From: Gammaproteobacteria bacterium
GTDB lineage: Bacteria > Pseudomonadota > Gammaproteobacteria > Eutrophobiales > Eutrophobiaceae
NCBI GenBank assembly: GCA_965215365.1
Contig: CBDCDS010000003.1
Span: forward strand, 192,001-256,000
Direction of reading: 5' to 3'
Length of the DNA stretch: 64,000 nt
The translations under genes were made by a program, and so were the position numbers. Positions 60,805-64,000 of this stretch are shown piece by piece; position 1 is the first letter of the stretch; every line of letters begins with the position of its first letter. A model generated the notes under the pieces. That model ran no database searches. It saw only the letters and a program-made list of their open reading frames with translations, and had not been told where the DNA came from.

Positions 60805-61008
60805 ATGACTTACGTTGACAAACCGGACTGGCAAAAGTCCCTGGAACATCACGAAGAACTGTGCAAGGAACAGTACCGGGGAATACGCATGGAGATGCAA
60901 CTCATGCGAGAAGACATTCGCGAGATTCGCAGTTCCCTGCGCTGGCTGGTCGGCATCGTGCTGGCGTGGCCGCCGGTGCTGATAGCCGCCCTGCAGTTAA
61001 TCGGCTGA
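60805..61008 (+). CDS. Small coiled-coil protein with C-terminal TM helix, copy 2
   Basis: Tandem paralog; first 25 aa identical to copy 1. Confidence 0.75.
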   Translation: MTYVDKPDWQKSLEHHEELCKEQYRGIRMEMQLMREDIREIRSSLRWLVGIVLAWPPVLIAALQLIG

Positions 61009-61020
61009 TACTGGTAATCC

Positions 61021-61097
61021 GGGCCTGTAGCTCAGTGGGTTAGAGCAGTGGACTCATAATCCATTGGTCGCAGGTTCGAATCCTGCCGGGCCCACCA
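61021..61097 (+). tRNA. ileX: tRNA-Ile2 (CAT anticodon, lysidine type)
   Basis: Cloverleaf GGGCCTG...CGGGCCC-ACCA, anticodon loop CT-CAT-AA, GGTTCGAATCC; sequence type and position after rpoD favour Ile2 over Met. Confidence 0.85.
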
Positions 61098-61109
61098 CGC
61101 AAATGCACA

Positions 61110-61751
61110 TTACGGTGCCAGTCTGACAATTTTCCACCCTGCATCATCCCTGGTGTACAACAACCGATCATGGAGTCGGTTTTCCCGGCCCTGCCAGAAT
61201 TCGATACGTTCCGGCGCAACCCGGTAGCCGACCCAAGTGGGGGGGCGGGGGATGGTATCGTGCGGGTATTGTTCTGCTATTTCTTTCATCCTGTGTTCCA
61301 GAAACGCCCGGCTTGCCACTTCGGCGCTCTGGTCTGCCACATGGACAGCGAGGCGGCTGCCGCGCGGGCGGGTGTTGAAGTAGGCGTCTGCTTCTGCATC
61401 GGTGAGCAGGTGTGCTGTGCCTTCTATCCGTACTTGGCGGTGCATCTGTGTCCAGTAAAATACCAGGGCAACTTCGGGGTTTTCCAGCAGCTGCCGGCCC
61501 TTGGCGCTGACGGCATGGGTGTAAAAGGAAAAGCCCTGGGCGCTGATGTCCTTTAACAGCACAAAACGCACACCGGGCTTGCCGTCCTTCGTGGCCGTCG
61601 CCAGTGCCATGGCGTTGGGAAACGGCACGCCGCAGTCAACCGCCTGCGCGAACCAGCGCTTGAACTGTTCCACCGCATCGTGGTGCGCGTCCTGTTCCAG
61701 CAATGGCAGGTGGCGGTATTCCTCCCGCAGGTCTGCAAGGTTGTCGGTCAT
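61110..61751 (-). CDS. pdxH: Pyridoxamine 5'-phosphate oxidase
   Basis: NAMALAT, RFVLLK, RQVRIEG, EFWQGRENRLHDR, RLAP. Confidence 0.95.
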   Translation of the reverse strand: MTDNLADLREEYRHLPLLEQDAHHDAVEQFKRWFAQAVDCGVPFPNAMALATATKDGKPGVRFVLLKDISAQGFSFYTHAVSAKGRQLLENPEVALVFYWTQMHRQVRIEGTAHLLTDAEADAYFNTRPRGSRLAVHVADQSAEVASRAFLEHRMKEIAEQYPHDTIPRPPTWVGYRVAPERIEFWQGRENRLHDRLLYTRDDAGWKIVRLAP

Positions 61752-62050
61752 GGATTATTGCCTCGAAAAATACCTTCGGCGTCACGCGAACCGTGCAACA
61801 CACGAACGATGATGATCTCCAAATCGGTTACAGTGTAGTAAATCACATAGTCTTTGAAAAAATGTGCGCGTAGCCCTGTTGCCAGATAATCCCGCTTTGA
61901 CCCCATTTCCGGGTGACTTAACAATGGGTCGAACTTTTCCCGTAGTTTCTCTATAAACTTCGAGGCATGAACAGGACTATCCAGAGCAATGTAACCCCAG
62001 ATATCGACGAGATCATTTTCAGCACTGTCTGTTATTCGGAGAGATTTAAT
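61748..62050 (-). CDS. parE: ParE/RelE family toxin with non-canonical ATT start
   Basis: Translated by hand: (I)KSLRITDSAENDLVDIWGYIALDSP...HPEMG...YVIYY...IVRVLHGSRD; AAGGAG lies 7 nt before ATT. Confidence 0.8.
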   Translation of the reverse strand: MKSLRITDSAENDLVDIWGYIALDSPVHASKFIEKLREKFDPLLSHPEMGSKRDYLATGLRAHFFKDYVIYYTVTDLEIIIVRVLHGSRDAEGIFRGNNP

Positions 62051-62307
62051 CGTTTTTCTCCTTTGGCAACGATTCTGCCGGTATCGAAGTCCTGTACGCG
62101 TCCTTTATCGATGTCATCAATGCCTTCGGATATATCCTGACACAAGGCATCCAGGCTGCGCTGCTGTGTAAGTTGTTTCATGCGCCAGTCATGCAATGCT
62201 TCTTTGATAACTTCACAGTCAGAGGCATAAAGCCCCCCCCGCACGGCTGCCTTAATAGTTTTTGCCATGTCCGAAGTCAGTGTTACGATTATACGTTCGA
62301 TGCTCAT
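62032..62307 (-). CDS. parD: ParD family antitoxin (RHH)
   Basis: IKAAVRGGLYASDCEVIKEAL...ISEGIDD; overlaps the toxin gene. Confidence 0.82.
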   Translation of the reverse strand: MSIERIIVTLTSDMAKTIKAAVRGGLYASDCEVIKEALHDWRMKQLTQQRSLDALCQDISEGIDDIDKGRVQDFDTGRIVAKGEKRLNLSE

Positions 62308-62310
62308 GTA

Positions 62311-64000
62311 TTATCCTGTATTGTTCGGGATAGTAGCATACATCGTTTCATCACCGGCGATGTTACGGATTTTTATGCGTAGCGGGGGTTGTTTGGCGGT
62401 GATTGTGCCGTCCCAGAATTGTCTAGTTTGCTTGCCGTCAATGGTAGCGTAGCCGTGCTTGTCGATTTTGACTTCATGGCTGCTGTGCCAGGGGCCGTCG
62501 GCATTGTCACAATCAACGGCGAGCCATTCGATCAGTTCCAGTCCGTCCTCGCTCAGCAACAGAGGCTTGGCATTATCGCTGCTTGTCAGTTGTCTCTTTT
62601 CGTTATATTCGGTGATTTTCTGTTGCAAGCGGTCGCTGTAGAACTCAGTGACCCGGATGCTGAAGCCGGTTTCCTGCTCAGTGATGCTGACGCGAAACTC
62701 ATCATTGCTGATGACATGATCCAGCACGGTCTTCAAATCCCGCAGCTCTATATCGGTGAGGGTGAGATTGTACTCGCGAATAAAATTTTCCAGTTCTTTC
62801 CTATCGTCAATATCGGCGTAATAGGCGATGGCTTTCTTCGGCGGCGGGTCGAAATCCAGTTTTTGCAGCTCTTCGTTGATGATGCGATTGACCGCCGGCA
62901 CGTCCAGCGCTTTTTCGCTGCTGTTGACCAGATCGGGGACATACACGGGGATAATGCCCAGTTTGCTGTCGTCAATGGCGCCGAACCAGAAATCGCCAAG
63001 ACCTTCGACCTGTTGCTGCAAGCCGGGAATCAGTTGTGCCAGCTTGTCCATAGTCTGTTGCGGGTTGCGAAACAGGCTGACGCCGTCTTTTATGTCCAGC
63101 ACCTGAAAACCTGCGCCGGCAGCGGCCAGATCGTCGCGGGTGGTTTGCAGGCTGTTGATGCCGACATCGCAATGGATGAATTTCCGGCCCAGGTCGTGGG
63201 CCACCTTGGCGGTGACACCGCTGCCACCGAAAAAATCGGCGACGATCATACCTTCATCCGAGCTGGCTTTGATGATGCGTTCAAGCAGGGCTTTGGGTTT
63301 TTGGGTTACATATCCGGTATTTTCTATCGAATTACCCTGGACCGGATGCAAGTCCGACCATACGTCACCCGGGTTTTTTCCATTTTCAAATAAATCCTCC
63401 TCCCCGGTGCTGTACCGGGCCTCGCCACGTTTAGCTCTTGCTATCGTTTCCGGGTTGTATTCGACCCCGATCTCTTTGCGGTTAAAAATAATGTGTTCCG
63501 ATTTGGAATACCAAAAAATCGTTTGATGTTTTCTTCCAAAATTACCATTTCCACTTGCTCCTTTAATAAAATGCCAGATAATTTCATTCTTGAAATTCTC
63601 CTCCCCAAACACCTCATCCATCAATATTTTAACGTAATGCCCAATGTGCCAGTCCAGGTGCACATAGATGCTGGCGGTCTCCGACATGACGGATTTGATC
63701 GCCATCAGGTTCTCATACATCCAGTTCAAGTAATCCTCTTTCTGCCAGATGTCACCGTACATGGTTTCCTCAAGCGCCTGTAGCCCTTCCTGCTCCAGTT
63801 CCCGCTCAGCCTGGGCGACCGGGTCCGACTGCTGCGGATTACGCCGCAGATACACCTTCTTGGCATAATTGGCGCCACTGGCAAAGGGCGGGTCGATATA
63901 TACCAGGTCCACAGCAATGCCCTGGTCTTTCAGGTAGGCGCAGGCAGACAGGCACTCGCCGCGTAACAACAGGTTGTTCCAGTCATGGTTATCCCCACCG
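62311..64000 (-). CDS. Site-specific DNA methyltransferase (beta class, Type III Mod-like), 5' end outside window
   Basis: VYIDPPF, YVHLDWH, TQKPKALLERII, ADFFGGSGVT. Confidence 0.88.
   Translation of the reverse strand, partial: GGDNHDWNNLLLRGECLSACAYLKDQGIAVDLVYIDPPFASGANYAKKVYLRRNPQQSDPVAQAERELEQEGLQALEETMYGDIWQKEDYLNWMYENLMAIKSVMSETASIYVHLDWHIGHYVKILMDEVFGEENFKNEIIWHFIKGASGNGNFGRKHQTIFWYSKSEHIIFNRKEIGVEYNPETIARAKRGEARYSTGEEDLFENGKNPGDVWSDLHPVQGNSIENTGYVTQKPKALLERIIKASSDEGMIVADFFGGSGVTAKVAHDLGRKFIHCDVGINSLQTTRDDLAAAGAGFQVLDIKDGVSLFRNPQQTMDKLAQLIPGLQQQVEGLGDFWFGAIDDSKLGIIPVYVPDLVNSSEKALDVPAVNRIINEELQKLDFDPPPKKAIAYYADIDDRKELENFIREYNLTLTDIELRDLKTVLDHVISNDEFRVSITEQETGFSIRVTEFYSDRLQQKITEYNEKRQLTSSDNAKPLLLSEDGLELIEWLAVDCDNADGPWHSSHEVKIDKHGYATIDGKQTRQFWDGTITAKQPPLRIKIRNIAGDETMYATIPNNTG

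Noticed and set aside
60535-60875. Direct repeat as a CRISPR array or att site next to the tRNA
   Set aside because: Only two coding copies; no spacers, cas genes, integrase or tRNA 3' duplication in the window.

Overview
A GC-rich gammaproteobacterial chromosome segment. Housekeeping genes: addAB-like pair, trpB2, DUF1015, serA, glmM, ftsH, rlmE, greA, carB, carA, rpsU, yqeY, dnaG, rpoD, tRNA-Ile2 and pdxH. Accessory content: (1) an envelope operon of unknown function (lipoproteins, TPR protein, PEGA/FGE-sulfatase protein). A small inverted-repeat element family has hit this region, and its terminal repeat supplies the start codon of two host genes. (2) A LacI-controlled nucleotide/nucleoside scavenging locus (TonB receptor, PhoD, CNT transporter, PfkB kinase, secreted nucleoside hydrolase, ribose ABC, ribokinase) with two matching operators. 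(3) A roughly 2,240-aa effector-like gene that can be reconstructed across three frameshifts and an IS insertion. It carries an R-S-(Q)xE ADP-ribosyltransferase domain and a degenerate tandem copy. (4) A complete 2,279-bp IS66-family element (16-bp IRs, 8-bp target duplication) whose first gene is a DNA adenine methyltransferase, expressed from a palindrome-covered, apparently leaderless promoter and coupled to the transposase. (5) Three further DNA methyltransferase/R-M loci, a ParDE pair with an ATT-start toxin, an antitoxin pseudogene and tandem small membrane-protein paralogs. All calls come from reading motifs by eye; no searches were run.
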